This document shows positions 63,729 through 64,000 of a DNA stretch of 64,000 bases, piece by piece (the stretch's first letter is position 1; the number at the start of each line of letters is the position of its first letter). The stretch spans positions 346,750 through 410,749 of the forward strand of contig JAWACY010000001.1 in the NCBI GenBank assembly GCA_038896535.1, read 5' to 3'. A program made the position numbers and the translations under genes. The notes under the pieces were generated by a model. The model searched no databases. It saw nothing but the letters and a program-made list of their open reading frames with translations, and was not told the origin of the DNA. This DNA is from Candidatus Anstonellales archaeon. Its GTDB lineage: Archaea > Micrarchaeota > Micrarchaeia > Anstonellales > J096.

Positions 63729-64000
63729 TTAGTATAGATTTTTTAAATTATCTCTTAAAACCGCAGTGAAATTTATTGTTAAAATCTCTTCTTTTTTTAA
63801 TTCTTTATCCAAATAATAAGCTGCTCTGCCTTCTTCATTTGTTAAAGCATGAAAAAGGCCTGTAACAACTATAGCCCTATGCCCCTTATTTATTATTTCA
63901 CTTATTCTTTTATACATATTTATATCTCTTTGTTGCATAAATTCTTGATAATGCATATTTAATGTTAAAAATTGCTCAGCATCTTTATCTATGCATAAAA
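63729..64000 (-). CDS. C-terminal part of an EreA/ChaN/TraB-like protein (begins beyond the window)
   Basis: RD.NM...I......RAIVVTGLFH motif; frame appears open to the window edge. Confidence 0.55.
   Translation of the reverse strand, partial: LCIDKDAEQFLTLNMHYQEFMQQRDINMYKRISEIINKGHRAIVVTGLFHALTNEEGRAAYYLDKELKKEEILTINFTAVLRDNLKNLY

Overview
AT-rich archaeal chromosome segment. The gene set and architecture point to a DPANN lineage, probably Micrarchaeota-like (inference): fused rpoB with split rpoA'/A'', class I LysRS, archaeal MAT, Cdc6/Orc1, aRF1, two FtsZ paralogues, an ftsZ-secE-spt5 cluster and many class III signal-peptide pilins. Most of the window is housekeeping: the RNA polymerase operon, aminoacyl-tRNA synthetases, three tRNAs, a type IV pilus/Tad locus and a few metabolic genes (citramalate synthase-like, ilvE, thrB, HMG-CoA synthase, beta-carbonic anhydrase), interspersed with lineage-specific hypothetical proteins. 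I saw no CRISPR array, rRNA operon, integrase or transposase. The most notable unexplained signals are: (1) a ~120-nt four-way-junction structured RNA candidate with cUUCGg and GNRA loops, its own BRE/TATA box and a T-tract, just downstream of cdc6; (2) a dispersed promoter-plus-helical-repeat-protein module present as one intact gene, one pseudogene lacking the repeat block and one orphan promoter copy; (3) a 65-bp hairpin-bearing tandem repeat after tRNA-Leu; (4) short tandem duplications throughout the window; (5) a frameshift-split gene at about 11 kb. All calls come from reading motifs by eye. No database searches were run.
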